Positions 9,861 through 20,960 of a DNA stretch of 64,000 bases are shown here, piece by piece. The notes below the pieces were generated by a model. The model had not been told where the DNA came from. It searched no databases and worked only from the letters and a program-made list of their open reading frames with translations. Position numbers and translations under genes: made by a program. The stretch lies in sequence record LR756501.1. The stretch is one strand, 5' to 3'. Position 1 is the first letter of the stretch; every line of letters begins with the position of its first letter.

Positions 9861-10281
9861 GAATTATTCAAAATATATAAAAGAAAGTGTTCAACCTGAC
9901 GGACCACCGCCTTTTAATTTAAAAGAGTTTAATCCTTATAACGACGTTTACGCTTATTATAAAGAAAAATATCAAAGTAATGGTTTTGAGTACGGTGAAT
10001 GGTCTAAAAAGTACGTAGATTACATGTTAAAAATATTAGAAAAAGGTAAATTCGTTATATTTTACGGTAATTCAACTTTAAAAGACGGTGAAAAACAAAA
10101 TAGAGGATATATTAAAGACGCTATACAACCAAATGATCAAAAAGCTGTAATTCATATTATTTTAGATGACGATATTGAATACGGTATGTACCCACACGAA
10201 ACAGTTAGAATATTTGATGAAGAACCTGAAAAAATACATAAAGAAGACGATCCGTACGGTGAAGAAGAATGGTATGATTAA
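9853..10281 (+). CDS. CTS-like and C-terminal DPYGEEEW protein
   Basis: Start moved to in-frame ATG at 9853 (MIKNYSKYIKE); ends DPYGEEEWYD*. Confidence 0.75.
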   Translation: MIKNYSKYIKESVQPDGPPPFNLKEFNPYNDVYAYYKEKYQSNGFEYGEWSKKYVDYMLKILEKGKFVIFYGNSTLKDGEKQNRGYIKDAIQPNDQKAVIHIILDDDIEYGMYPHETVRIFDEEPEKIHKEDDPYGEEEWYD

Positions 10282-10324
10282 GCAGAGCCAATTTTAATAT
10301 ATAAAAGAAAAAAGACATCCGCAA

Positions 10325-12163
10325 ATGCAAATAATAAATTTCATAGAACTCCAATATGATAAACTTAGCGAACAAATAAAAAACTGGTTGCAGGTAACTT
10401 ATTCTAAATCAGATATAAACTTCAGCGAAGCGTCAACATACGGACAAATACTTAAAGTTGATAAAGAACTTTTCACTCACAATATTATTTATAATAAGAA
10501 CTCTGTTAATCAAATAGCTATAGATTACGCTACTGATGATAGAATCATTGGTAATTTGGCTCGTATAAGTGGACATAATCCAACACGTCCTATATCAGCA
10601 ACAGGAACAATCAATCTCAAACTGAAAACAGGTATTGATATTGAGAGCCAAATTGGTGGTTCAAAAATTAAAATAAACAATAGAACCCTCCTTAAAAATA
10701 AATCAAATAGCCTTTATTATAATATAGTCCTAGGTACAGATTACGTTCTCTACGACGTTACAGCAGATATGACCATTCAACTTAACGTTATTCAAGGTCA
10801 GTACGAATCACAACAATTTACAGGACAAGGACTTAAAAATCAATCATTTAGTGTTAACGTTGATGGTATAACTAACATTGAGAATTTTAATTTTGCGGTG
10901 TTTTATAATGGTTTATTATTGAGTCCTAAGGTGGGTATGGTTGATATGTTGCCAAATGAACTTGCTTTCTTTTCAAGAACTGGATTTCAAGGTGGATTAG
11001 ATCTTTATTTTGGTACTGGTGATTTTGGGTTTGTGCCAGGTATTGGTGCCATAATTGAATGTAGATATTTATTATCAGATGGTAAGAACGGTAATATTCT
11101 TAATAATAAAGTAAATGATTTCACATTTATTGATTCAGTTTATGATGGTAATGGTGATATATTATCAATGGAAACTTTATTTGATATAACAATAGAAAAC
11201 GATATAACTTTTGGGGCAGATAAAGAGAATAAAGTATTCACAAAGAATGTAGTACCTTTTGTATCTAGAAATTTTGTTTTAGCAACTCCTGATCAATTTA
11301 TTTATACATTAAAGAAATTGAATATGTTTTCTTTGATTAACGCTTATAATACTCTTGATGAGAATAACGTAAATAATAATTCATATATTGATCAATTTAT
11401 CACATCTACATTTGGACAAAACGTTCCAAATAGAGATAAAATAAGAGAAAATTTAAAAGACTTCTTTCCCAACATTTATGATAATGTAATCTATTTATAT
11501 TTGATCCCAAACGTTAAGAATTATTTTGTTAGTGATTATAATTATTTCACAATACCTTTTGACGCTTTTTATCTTGATGCCAACGAAAAGAAAAAGGTAA
11601 TGGATTATTTAAGACAAATGGGAACTTTATCTATTACTACAAATGTGAAGATTGTTGATCCTGTTATTTCTAGATATGTAATAAATGTTTATGTAAGAAG
11701 ATTTAGTGACGATTTTGAAGATAATATTAGAAATAAGATAATTGGTATTGTATCTGATTATTTTATCAACGTTAATAGATATGATAGAATAGTTAAAGCT
11801 GATTTAATAACAAGAATAAAAGAACAAATACCTGGTGTTGATTCAGTAAACCTAGATTTCATTTGTAAAAAGAACGAAGATTATCATAGAGATCGTAATA
11901 TTAATGTGGTTAACGCTAGTGTAGCGAATACAAATGATACATCGTTATTGGCTCCTCCTACACCAGTAAATCCAGATAGGTACGACCCAAATAAAGTTTT
12001 AGGATTAGATCCAGTTCAAGGTGATATTATAGCTGATAAGACTGAGTTTGCTGTGTTAAGAGGTGGTTGGTACGATAGGAATGGTATTTATTATAACGAT
12101 GTACCAATTATTAATGGTTTATCTACAATAAATATTGTTTGGACAGGTGTAAGTATAAAATAA
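10325..12163 (+). CDS. baseplate wedge subunit (T4 gp6-like / baseplate J-like)
   Basis: N-terminal QYDKLSEQIKNWL...IGNLARISGHNPTRPISATG pattern and C-terminal wedge-type region; late box upstream. Confidence 0.7.
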   Translation: MQIINFIELQYDKLSEQIKNWLQVTYSKSDINFSEASTYGQILKVDKELFTHNIIYNKNSVNQIAIDYATDDRIIGNLARISGHNPTRPISATGTINLKLKTGIDIESQIGGSKIKINNRTLLKNKSNSLYYNIVLGTDYVLYDVTADMTIQLNVIQGQYESQQFTGQGLKNQSFSVNVDGITNIENFNFAVFYNGLLLSPKVGMVDMLPNELAFFSRTGFQGGLDLYFGTGDFGFVPGIGAIIECRYLLSDGKNGNILNNKVNDFTFIDSVYDGNGDILSMETLFDITIENDITFGADKENKVFTKNVVPFVSRNFVLATPDQFIYTLKKLNMFSLINAYNTLDENNVNNNSYIDQFITSTFGQNVPNRDKIRENLKDFFPNIYDNVIYLYLIPNVKNYFVSDYNYFTIPFDAFYLDANEKKKVMDYLRQMGTLSITTNVKIVDPVISRYVINVYVRRFSDDFEDNIRNKIIGIVSDYFINVNRYDRIVKADLITRIKEQIPGVDSVNLDFICKKNEDYHRDRNINVVNASVANTNDTSLLAPPTPVNPDRYDPNKVLGLDPVQGDIIADKTEFAVLRGGWYDRNGIYYNDVPIINGLSTINIVWTGVSIK

Positions 12164-12172
12164 ATTAGATTT

Positions 12173-12508
12173 ATGTTATCTGACGAACAAAGAGAAGAAA
12201 TCAGAAAAGATACAGAATATTTAAAAATATCACTTGATGATTTTAAAAAGAATCCTGATAAATATACAACGCCGGAATATACAACACCAGACGGTTCTGT
12301 TATATGTGTTATAAATTCTAATGAATATACAGCAATAGGAGTTATTTTACACGGACCATTTAAAGGACTTATAAATTCTTTCTTATGGAGTGAACTATCA
12401 CCGATTGGAATAACTAAGATAACAGAAGAAGATCCATACGGTGAAGAACAATGGGAAGGTAATGATATGAAAAATAGAATAAAGAGATTTAGAGATTTTA
12501 TTCAATAA
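12173..12508 (+). CDS. DPYGEEQW-motif protein with C-terminal CTS-like tail
   Basis: ...DPYGEEQWEGNDMKNRIKRFRDFIQ*. Confidence 0.7.
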   Translation: MLSDEQREEIRKDTEYLKISLDDFKKNPDKYTTPEYTTPDGSVICVINSNEYTAIGVILHGPFKGLINSFLWSELSPIGITKITEEDPYGEEQWEGNDMKNRIKRFRDFIQ

Positions 12509-12544
12509 AAATAAAATTAAAATTAAAATTTTATATATAGCTTT

Positions 12545-13054
12545 ATGTTGAAAATATATCAAGAATTCTTAGCTGTAAATGAAGAGATGGCAGCCTTTGA
12601 TCCATCAGATAGATTAAGATGGGCTGTTCACGAGATCATGATGCGTCTTAAAGACGGTGCTACTATGAAATTCGGTGAAATGAGTAAAGTTTTAAAATCT
12701 GATTTTAAAATAGATATAGCAGAGGATCTCCTTAAAGATATATTTGAAGCGTGGGATAAATATAACGATCCAGATTATAGTTTCTTTAAAAAGGAAGATA
12801 AAAACTGGATGGATGCCTTTTGTTTCCAGGGACACGTTAAACGTAAATGTAGAGATAAACAGAGTTTCGGTAAACACAGAAAGAAAGAAGTTACATATTC
12901 AACTGGCAATGCTTATGGTTATTGGCAAGGTAACAAATGGATACCATATAATACAGGTGTATCTAGAACAGCAAAAGGAAGTAGTGCTCTTGACGATTTA
13001 GAAGACGATAGATGGTTAAATCCTTACGGTAACGGCGTTTATTACGGTGATTAA
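12545..13054 (+). CDS. hypothetical protein with CTS-like N-terminus
   Basis: MLKIYQEFLAVNEE; C-terminal NPYGNG variant motif. Confidence 0.7.
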   Translation: MLKIYQEFLAVNEEMAAFDPSDRLRWAVHEIMMRLKDGATMKFGEMSKVLKSDFKIDIAEDLLKDIFEAWDKYNDPDYSFFKKEDKNWMDAFCFQGHVKRKCRDKQSFGKHRKKEVTYSTGNAYGYWQGNKWIPYNTGVSRTAKGSSALDDLEDDRWLNPYGNGVYYGD

Positions 13055-13066
13055 AAAATTTATAAA

Positions 13067-13645
13067 ATGGTGAAGAAATATAAACAATTTCTGTTTGAAT
13101 GGGGGTACGGAGGTGAAGGAGGCGTTGCTTCTAAAGATCCTATCAAAGTTAGAAGTGCCATGCTCACAGAGATAGATCCTATTGAAGCAAGAGAAGAAGA
13201 GGAAGAAGAAGATAATACAGATATTCCTATTCTATCAGACGCGAACGAATCAGTTGATAACGATAATGATCCTTACGGTGAAGAAAATTGGGAAGAAAAT
13301 TTACCAAGTTATAGTTATATGTCGTGGGATAACGGTATTTATAGTTTCTTAAAACAATTGAAAAACTCATTCATAGATGAATGTCTTGCTGGTCTAGAAA
13401 GAGTAGAACAGAAAGACGCGGAAGAATGGTTAGATGATATAAGAAATGAAATAGACGATGGCGATTACAACTTTAGTTCAGAAGAAATTAGAGCCATACG
13501 TGACGATATAGATGATTTACTCGAATTATGTGTGGATAATGAAGATGATGACGATAGAGACGAAGGACCAGATCCAGATGAATATTACGATAGAAAAAGA
13601 GAAGAAGAACATGAAAGATGGGAGAGGGAGTACGAGGATAAATAA
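13067..13645 (+). CDS. acidic CTS-like and DPYGEENW protein
   Basis: MVKKYKQFLFE; DPYGEENW at 13268-13291. Confidence 0.75.
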   Translation: MVKKYKQFLFEWGYGGEGGVASKDPIKVRSAMLTEIDPIEAREEEEEEDNTDIPILSDANESVDNDNDPYGEENWEENLPSYSYMSWDNGIYSFLKQLKNSFIDECLAGLERVEQKDAEEWLDDIRNEIDDGDYNFSSEEIRAIRDDIDDLLELCVDNEDDDDRDEGPDPDEYYDRKREEEHERWEREYEDK

Positions 13646-13656
13646 TATATACACGT

Positions 13657-13914
13657 ATGATAGAAAGAGAATCCCAAATAAAAGAATTGTTCGACCTTAA
13701 ACACAGGAAAGATAACGAAATACATCAACACTTCGATTACGAAAACGAATTGATGAATAAGTTAATGCCAGAGTACGCCAGAAGAAATGATACAGTAAAT
13801 GAATTCGTTTTGAGAATTCAAAAATTGTTTGTTTGGGGAATTGAAGCTCAATTAACAATTCGTAATTTTTATAACTATACTGTTGATAAATACTACAATA
13901 GACACAATAATTAA
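13657..13914 (+). CDS. hypothetical protein
   Basis: ORF with TAATATATA at 13643. Confidence 0.6.
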   Translation: MIERESQIKELFDLKHRKDNEIHQHFDYENELMNKLMPEYARRNDTVNEFVLRIQKLFVWGIEAQLTIRNFYNYTVDKYYNRHNN

Positions 13915-13958
13915 AAGTATCCGAAAACAATTTAATTTCTTTAATATATATTCTTGAT

Positions 13959-14273
13959 ATGATAACTATGTTCGAGCAATATAATGAATTAGATCCTTAC
14001 GGTGAAGAGAATTGGAGTGATAAACCTAAAATAGAAGAAGGATATTTCTGCATTAGAATGTTAAGAGATTTTAATATTAATCTATCACACGGTAGTTATG
14101 ACGAAGATTACGCAGAAGAATATACAACAGTATTAAAATGTGATGCTGGTGACGAAATTTATGTGGATATAATTTATGTAGAAAATAATTACGTTACTAT
14201 AACAGCAGACACTGGTGAAGATTACGTTGGTGTAGGCAATATACCAACAGACTGTTTTGAAATAGTGAATTAA
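13959..14273 (+). CDS. CTS-like and DPYGEENW protein
   Basis: MITMFEQYNELDPYGEENW. Confidence 0.75.
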   Translation: MITMFEQYNELDPYGEENWSDKPKIEEGYFCIRMLRDFNINLSHGSYDEDYAEEYTTVLKCDAGDEIYVDIIYVENNYVTITADTGEDYVGVGNIPTDCFEIVN

Positions 14274-14331
14274 AATAAAACTTTTAGACCTAATTGGCTC
14301 TATATATAAAAACAAAAATTAAACCTAAACA

Positions 14332-14718
14332 ATGGTTGAAGAAATAAAAGACGATAACATACATTTTTACGGCAAAGTAGCAAAAATGCCTAAAAATTCC
14401 AAAGCTGCCCAATCTTATACTTTTTTGGAGAAAATTAAAATATCCAAACAGAAGTTGTGGTATATCTTGATCGAAAAGCAAGATAACGAACTTCAAATGA
14501 TCAAGTATAATAACAAAAAGGGATTCAATCTTAGAGCCTTCGTTGACGGTTTAAAAAATTATTACGCTACTAACGAATCTATGAAACAATACATAGATGG
14601 ATTAGAAATAGATGGAAACGATAAATTTTCTATAATAAAGAATATTCCCAACGTTGAAATAGACGGTAAGAAATTGATTTCTATCTTAGCTGAAGACCTT
14701 ATCAAATTACTCAAATAA
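14332..14718 (+). CDS. hypothetical protein, paralogous to the C-terminal domain of 49444-50232
   Basis: WYILIEKQDNELQMIKYNNKKGFNLRAFV...IDGNDKFSIIKNIP aligns by eye with WYLLTEKQNEIHVIRNNDKAFEIQPFM...ISGNNNFSVVTNIP. Confidence 0.7.
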   Translation: MVEEIKDDNIHFYGKVAKMPKNSKAAQSYTFLEKIKISKQKLWYILIEKQDNELQMIKYNNKKGFNLRAFVDGLKNYYATNESMKQYIDGLEIDGNDKFSIIKNIPNVEIDGKKLISILAEDLIKLLK

Positions 14719-14745
14719 AAAAAGCCTCTCATAAAGGCTTTTTTA
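14718..14745. terminator. bidirectional terminator
   Basis: AAAAAGCC-N7-GGCTTTTT between convergent genes. Confidence 0.7.
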
Positions 14746-14746
14746 A

Positions 14747-15073
14747 TTAGAAATAAGTCCTTTTTTCATTGAGTAAAGAAGGTCCAAATTTTTCTCTGTG
14801 GTAATTCTTTATAAGATCTAAATATTTCTGCATAGTAATATACTTGTTATCTTTCTTACGTATCGCTTGACGACCTGCACTATTACCGTGAGGACTATCA
14901 AGAAATTCAATATCACCAGTCTCAAGATATTCTTTAAGAACTTCTTTTATCTCATCGTCAGATAGATTAAAAGTATCAAGATAAAAACCTGATTCATATT
15001 GATCTTTTGATCTATCACCTCCAGCGGCGTGCCCGTGTCCACTCCAACCACTTATTCCTGATGTACCTTCCAT
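14747..15073 (-). CDS. hypothetical protein
   Basis: ORF coupled downstream of the glycosyltransferase. Confidence 0.6.
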   Translation of the reverse strand: MEGTSGISGWSGHGHAAGGDRSKDQYESGFYLDTFNLSDDEIKEVLKEYLETGDIEFLDSPHGNSAGRQAIRKKDNKYITMQKYLDLIKNYHREKFGPSLLNEKRTYF

Positions 15074-15074
15074 T

Positions 15075-17252
15075 TTATTTTTCTTCTTTTTCTATCAATC
15101 CAGCTTTTTCTATTGATTCAATTACCATTTCAGGTGTGATAGTTTTACTGCACTCAAATTGTCTATCTGTCCCTTTATGTGCTGGACACCAATCCCAGTC
15201 CCCTCTATCAAATTCGTATCTCAGATCATTGAAACAACCGTTACAAACTTTATCATTTATAACTCTTATACAATTTTCTTGAAACTCACAGAAAGGTTTA
15301 CTAAATCCACTAATCATAACAACTTTTTTACCAACTGCCCAAGCTACCCAAGCAAGACCACTACCAATAGTAACCATAAACTCAGAGTGTCTTATTTGAT
15401 TTATTCTTCTCTCAATAGATTGATCACCAGTCTCGTTAAGAATGTGTTTCAATGTAGTTCCTTGTTTACTAATAACTACAACTTTAAGACCTTGTTTATT
15501 TAAATAATCTACAACTGTTTGCCATCCATTTTTGTAGTGCCAATGTTTTGCGTTAGCAGTAGAATGTTCTGCTATAACAACATATTTATCCTTGTAGGGT
15601 CTTTCTTTATTTGGTATAGCAATCCTAGGTATAATCTCTTTATAAGGTAATCCAAGTATATCTGTAATAGTTTGTTGTAGTGGTACAATTCTATAATCAT
15701 TTGGTTGTTGATTTCTATCTCCTCCCCAAGGCGGTGAGAACCAACCTATATTATAAGTAGCGTACAAATTATCAGGTGTGGTATCTGGTTTTATGAAAAT
15801 AATGTCCCCGTAAACACTCTCAAATAAATGATTTTGATGTGTTGAGCAATACATTATACATTCGTGTTTCTTTCTAAATTCTTCCACATAAGGAATCCAA
15901 GCTATTGAATCACCAAGAGAACTACTATGGAAAGCAATTAAAACGTTTTTGCCTTTTGGTTCGAAATCAAATTGTTGTGTATCGTCTCCACTTACTTTAA
16001 TTCTCCATTTTCTGTAAAATGATGTGTTAGGTTTAGCCCACCTATTAGAAGTCATATCTAATCCGTAAACTGATCTATCAGATCCTTCCGTTAGATCTAT
16101 AAAATCTACGTGAATTTTCTTCTCTGTTAAACATTTCATTTCAAAATGTGCTCCACTAACACCATCCCTACCATTAAAATGAACGTTGTAAGTCATTTTA
16201 GGGTCAGTGTGTGGTTTGGCTATGACTTCACTATTACTATAAGCTTCGATAACGTGTTTACGCATATCTTCACGAGTGAAATTATTTTTAACTGAAAGAA
16301 CGAAGTTGTAAAAATCGTTAAGTTCTTTAACCACAATACTCCAATCATATAATTTAGCAGTATCGTGAACAGCGTCTTTAAAAGCGTCGTAATTATTTAT
16401 TACATTTTTAATTTTACTAGTCACATCAATTGTGTTTCTTATACACTTCTCTAATCCTGGTAAAGGTCTTTTACCGTCATAAGTACCAACAACTGGTAAT
16501 CCACACGCCATAGCTTCAACTAATGTTAAATTAGGATGACCAGCTTCTAATTCAGATGGATGCATAAATATAGTATGATCATTATAAATATCAACTAATT
16601 CTGTTTCAGTAGGATCTTTTATGAAATTGATCTTCTTATATTCTAAAAGATCTGGATTAGCGTTAAAAAAGTTTTTATTGTTATCTGGACCAACTATGGT
16701 TATTTCTAAATCAAGCTCTTTTGCAGCCTCAATTGCGTAACGGAAACCTTTTCTATCCGCTGAAGGTTCACTAGCGTAACCGTTGTTTGCTACACAAAGT
16801 AATTTATGTTTTTCGTGTTTAATCCCTTTATCGTAATATATTGAAGTATCAGCCCCGTGTGGTATATAAAATAATTTATCAGTAGTATCAAAATAATCAA
16901 TAAGAAAATCAGCGTAAGTTATCGAAGCTACAGACTTTTTCATAGCTAATAAATTAGTTGAATAAAGTGTAGATTGTTTACCGTACCTTACAACGTGATG
17001 ATCGTGTAAAGAAAAAACGTAAGGAATATTTCTATCGTTCCAAGCTTCAACGGCTTGATTACCAGCGTGAAAATGTACAATATCATATTTTAGTTTTCCG
17101 TGTTCGTCGTACAATTCCCAAGGAAAAACAACGTCGACAGTGTGACCAAGTTTTTCTAGTTGGAGTTTATAATTCCATATAACTTTTTCTATTGCTCCCC
17201 AACTCTTGGGTGGTATTTCTATGGCACCGAGATTTATTTGTGCTATTTTCAT
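15075..17252 (-). CDS. GT4-type glycosyltransferase fused to AAH/TibC-like (autotransporter strand-loop-strand) O-heptosyltransferase domain
   Basis: N-terminal GT-B motifs (IPPKSWGAIE; HPSELEAGHPNLTLVEAMACGLPVV); C-terminal SSSLGDSIAWIPYVEEFRKKH and Cys cluster CNGC...WDWCP...QFEC; start moved to ATG 17252. Confidence 0.75.
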   Translation of the reverse strand: MKIAQINLGAIEIPPKSWGAIEKVIWNYKLQLEKLGHTVDVVFPWELYDEHGKLKYDIVHFHAGNQAVEAWNDRNIPYVFSLHDHHVVRYGKQSTLYSTNLLAMKKSVASITYADFLIDYFDTTDKLFYIPHGADTSIYYDKGIKHEKHKLLCVANNGYASEPSADRKGFRYAIEAAKELDLEITIVGPDNNKNFFNANPDLLEYKKINFIKDPTETELVDIYNDHTIFMHPSELEAGHPNLTLVEAMACGLPVVGTYDGKRPLPGLEKCIRNTIDVTSKIKNVINNYDAFKDAVHDTAKLYDWSIVVKELNDFYNFVLSVKNNFTREDMRKHVIEAYSNSEVIAKPHTDPKMTYNVHFNGRDGVSGAHFEMKCLTEKKIHVDFIDLTEGSDRSVYGLDMTSNRWAKPNTSFYRKWRIKVSGDDTQQFDFEPKGKNVLIAFHSSSLGDSIAWIPYVEEFRKKHECIMYCSTHQNHLFESVYGDIIFIKPDTTPDNLYATYNIGWFSPPWGGDRNQQPNDYRIVPLQQTITDILGLPYKEIIPRIAIPNKERPYKDKYVVIAEHSTANAKHWHYKNGWQTVVDYLNKQGLKVVVISKQGTTLKHILNETGDQSIERRINQIRHSEFMVTIGSGLAWVAWAVGKKVVMISGFSKPFCEFQENCIRVINDKVCNGCFNDLRYEFDRGDWDWCPAHKGTDRQFECSKTITPEMVIESIEKAGLIEKEEK

Positions 17253-17443
17253 GATAAATCCTCCTTTTTGTAATTTTCTAATGGGCACCAATGTGGTATT
17301 ACCATATCAGCTTCCAATATTTTATTTGCGAATTCACAAGTGTATTCGTAAATTGGTAAGTCGTCATCCAAAGGTCTGCCTTTTATTGAATGAGGACAAT
17401 AGAAACAATCTTTATCTATTAAGTAACCATCTGTTATTTTCAT
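17249..17443 (-). CDS. small Cys-containing hypothetical protein
   Basis: CFYC...C...CP; overlap-coupled between the two GT genes. Confidence 0.55.
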   Translation of the reverse strand: MKITDGYLIDKDCFYCPHSIKGRPLDDDLPIYEYTCEFANKILEADMVIPHWCPLENYKKEDLS

Positions 17444-20400
17444 TCTTCGTCCCTTTCTGTGAATAATCCGTTTTCTATAATATCTTTATAGTTATTCATA
17501 TTCACGTTGAATTTTTGTACATCTAAAACAGAGTTAGTTGTAGAATCTAAAAATGTAGCAGTAATGTTATAATTATCTGTATTGGACATAATTACTTTTC
17601 TCAAGTAATAACTTCTTTCTTTTACGAAATGAGTACTAGTCTCTACCTTACCGTTATTTTCAAATAAGAATTCTATTCTTCTATTATCTTTATTATTAGA
17701 TGAATTAAACCACACAATGAAACTATTTCCTTGATTTTTAACAGGTAAAATCGCTAGATATTCAACGCCCGAAAATATATTAATATTTGAATTATTGAAT
17801 AATTTTTCTTCGTTAGTCTCCTCAATTATTAAATTTTTAGAGTGTTTTGATAATTTAGTATAGAAATAATTTTCCAAGAAATTATGTGAACCGTTATTCT
17901 CACATTCAGTATTATAATCCCAAGGAGTTCTTACCACCTTATCGAATACACTAGAGTAAAATTCAGTATTAACTATAAAAAATACACTCTTATATAATTT
18001 CATATCCCCCTCGTTAAAAGACATAAAATAACCTTTTTTATTCTCATTATCCATTCTATCACATATTTTATTGATAGTATCAATATTAGATTGATTAAGA
18101 ATAAAATCGTAACTCACACTTATAACTTTATCGTAACCAGCAGATTTAGCGAATTTTATAGAGTTCTCAATATTATTGAAAACTGTTAACGATTGATTAA
18201 GATTAGAATTCTTTTGTAATCTATCAAGTCTTATTTCTACTTTACCTTGTGGTAAAGTTGACCAATATAAATTATATAATGAGTGTCCAATTAAAGGGTT
18301 ATAAGCGTCGTAAAGATAATAATCTACTTTCTCTTGTAAACTTTTATTAACTGGATAATGTGAAGCTAATATAATTTTATTGCCTGTTGATTTAAGACTA
18401 TCTATACATAATTCTGTTGTATCTTCTTTTATTTTAGTATCTGGATAAGTGAGAACAAGATAAACATTTCCTTTTGGTTCAGATATAGGTGTTGGATTTT
18501 CTATAATTTCTTTAACTTCTATATCAATTATTTTTGGTTTTGTATCTCTTATTAGTCTAAGTTCTTTCACAAAAAGAAGTTTATCTTTTACCATATAATC
18601 AGCACTAAATCCGATAAAATTAGGATCTGTTTTATAATAATTTACTCCAGGTGAAATCCAGTTACAATATCCACCATTATTAAAAACTAAATTTTCAGCA
18701 GTATAAATAATATCACCTGTTTCTATATTCCTAATAAAAACATTTAGTCTAACATCTTTAAGGGGTCCGTTATAAGGAAGATATAGCTTATTTTCTTCTG
18801 CTTTAAAATCCAAATCGAAATCATCTTTTAATGGATATATAGATGTATCCTTACTAACTTCTACGAGTTCACTTATTTCTTTCCTAACTTTATCAGAGTC
18901 TGGAACAATGTCTAATTTTAATATTTTTGTAAATAAGAAAATACCATTATGACTAACGTCAAAGGAAAACTCATCATACTTCTGATGTCCGTATATCATC
19001 ACCCATATTGGATTATATGGTGATAACGTGGACTTAGCTGTATAAATATTTTTAGCTTCACCAGCGTTAACAACGATAGAAAAATCAGCTATATCCTGTT
19101 GGAAAAAATCACTTAAACAAAAATAAAATTTTTGATCCTCTTTATTATATTCTATTATTACGTCATTAGAATTTTTATCCTTTACTAAAGTATCAACATT
19201 TTTTTTTAAAAAATGCTCAACGTTCTCGCCTTGTATGGTAGAGACACCTTCAATCTGTGTAGTTAATCTTGGAGCAATAGCTTTAGTTCTTCTTTTAAAC
19301 ATATCGTTGTATAACAAATCAGACACGTCCCATAATATAGTTTCGTAGGATCTTTTTATATAATCAAAAGCAAATTTTGGAAACATAATAGATTGAATTC
19401 CAATGATCTTATTTGTTATATACATCCAATCATTTATTTTACCTTGATCATCTGAAACCAACTCTCCCGTTCTAAGATTTCTATTATCACCGAAAGACAT
19501 GTAATATATTCCTCTTTCGTTTATATGATCACAAGATTGAAATACCTTATCAGTAAATTCCTCAATAGGTACTGCTAGTTTACAATCAGATTCAAATATC
19601 ATTAGAAAATCTACATCTTCTGTAGCTTCTGTGAAAACAGCTTTTTTAAATGAATGGTAATTTCCGTAATGTGGTCCTTTTAAGGAATAAGCTCCTATTC
19701 TACCCACGTCATTTGGTCTAGCACAAAGCTCTCTTGGTGGTATTTCAGTATATCTTTGATTAATATGTTGAACGTAATCTATACCGAATTCTTTAAGTCT
19801 TTCCAATTGTTTTATAGACTCACTCTTTCTATCATCTTCTTCCAATAAAAGATGTACCGCTCTGATTTTATATTTTTTATCAGTTTTAATTTCTCTTGGA
19901 AATAAGAAATTCTTAACTAACCCAGCATCAATATCTTCGTCTCCATTAAGATAATGTATTGTTTCTTCTATATCATATTTTCTATTATATACGTCCAGCG
20001 GAAAAAGAAATTGATGTATTTGATGTTCTAAAGCCTCTTTAATAACTAAAGGATTTAATTCCTTGTTCCAACGAAATCCTCTTGATGTGAAAAGAAATAA
20101 ATCACAAGCATCTAACCATTCATCTATATCATCCCTTTCACCAAGTATATTACAGTTTTTCGGCTTTATCTTCATTAAAGGTCTCCAATAATCTTGGAAG
20201 TTATCAGCTTGATTACCAATGAAATGGAATTGAATTTTTTCATTTTTAAGTTTTCTAGCTATATCAAAAGCGTAGGCTTGATTTTTCCTTGGTGTAAATA
20301 GACCAACGTTAACAACGTGTTTAAATTTTGGATCTAGTCCAAGTTTTTTCATTGCCTCTGCTTTTCTTTCTGGTGTTGGTGTAGATTTTTCAACTGGATA

Positions 20401-20862
20401 TTCTATCACTTCTGATGGTATTCCGAATTTATTAAATTTGAAGCAGTTATATTGTGATACAAATAAGAATTTATCTGGAAACCAAATTTTATCGTCAACG
20501 TTGTAGTCGGATGAATGTGTAGTTTCAAAGATTTTGTATTTCCTATCTAGTTTATAAATATCTTTAGCTAGATTAAAATCTATATTAAAAAGTTCTGGTA
20601 TCTCTTCAAAATGAATATAGTCTGGTTGAACTTTTTCAATTATGTCTAATAGTTCCCTTTTATTCTCACCGAGAGTCCAAAAATGATCAGGAGCGAGAAG
20701 TTTTTTGAGCCTGTTCTTTTGAATAACAAAATCGTTTGAGTAGTTATTAAATTCAACTACATAGATATCGAGATCGTCTTTAACTAGTTCTACTCTTTTT
20801 ACCAATACTTGTGGGGCGCCCCCTGTTGATAAGTGAGGTGTAATAGACAATAATTTTTTCAT
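17440..20862 (-). CDS. multidomain glycosyltransferase (GT4-like N-terminus plus further GT-A-like domains)
   Basis: ITPHLSTGGAPQ, NVGLFTPRKNQ, DACDLFLFTSR...ELNPLVIKEAL; later IFESDC DxD-like motif. Confidence 0.75.
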   Translation of the reverse strand: MKKLLSITPHLSTGGAPQVLVKRVELVKDDLDIYVVEFNNYSNDFVIQKNRLKKLLAPDHFWTLGENKRELLDIIEKVQPDYIHFEEIPELFNIDFNLAKDIYKLDRKYKIFETTHSSDYNVDDKIWFPDKFLFVSQYNCFKFNKFGIPSEVIEYPVEKSTPTPERKAEAMKKLGLDPKFKHVVNVGLFTPRKNQAYAFDIARKLKNEKIQFHFIGNQADNFQDYWRPLMKIKPKNCNILGERDDIDEWLDACDLFLFTSRGFRWNKELNPLVIKEALEHQIHQFLFPLDVYNRKYDIEETIHYLNGDEDIDAGLVKNFLFPREIKTDKKYKIRAVHLLLEEDDRKSESIKQLERLKEFGIDYVQHINQRYTEIPPRELCARPNDVGRIGAYSLKGPHYGNYHSFKKAVFTEATEDVDFLMIFESDCKLAVPIEEFTDKVFQSCDHINERGIYYMSFGDNRNLRTGELVSDDQGKINDWMYITNKIIGIQSIMFPKFAFDYIKRSYETILWDVSDLLYNDMFKRRTKAIAPRLTTQIEGVSTIQGENVEHFLKKNVDTLVKDKNSNDVIIEYNKEDQKFYFCLSDFFQQDIADFSIVVNAGEAKNIYTAKSTLSPYNPIWVMIYGHQKYDEFSFDVSHNGIFLFTKILKLDIVPDSDKVRKEISELVEVSKDTSIYPLKDDFDLDFKAEENKLYLPYNGPLKDVRLNVFIRNIETGDIIYTAENLVFNNGGYCNWISPGVNYYKTDPNFIGFSADYMVKDKLLFVKELRLIRDTKPKIIDIEVKEIIENPTPISEPKGNVYLVLTYPDTKIKEDTTELCIDSLKSTGNKIILASHYPVNKSLQEKVDYYLYDAYNPLIGHSLYNLYWSTLPQGKVEIRLDRLQKNSNLNQSLTVFNNIENSIKFAKSAGYDKVISVSYDFILNQSNIDTINKICDRMDNENKKGYFMSFNEGDMKLYKSVFFIVNTEFYSSVFDKVVRTPWDYNTECENNGSHNFLENYFYTKLSKHSKNLIIEETNEEKLFNNSNINIFSGVEYLAILPVKNQGNSFIVWFNSSNNKDNRRIEFLFENNGKVETSTHFVKERSYYLRKVIMSNTDNYNITATFLDSTTNSVLDVQKFNVNMNNYKDIIENGLFTERDEE

Positions 20863-20960
20863 ACTGAATGATTTAATTTTAATTATATATTGTTGATCTG
20901 TGGGCAGGTTTAAATTTTTCGTTGCTTAATTTTTAATATATAGAATAAAAATCTACCTCC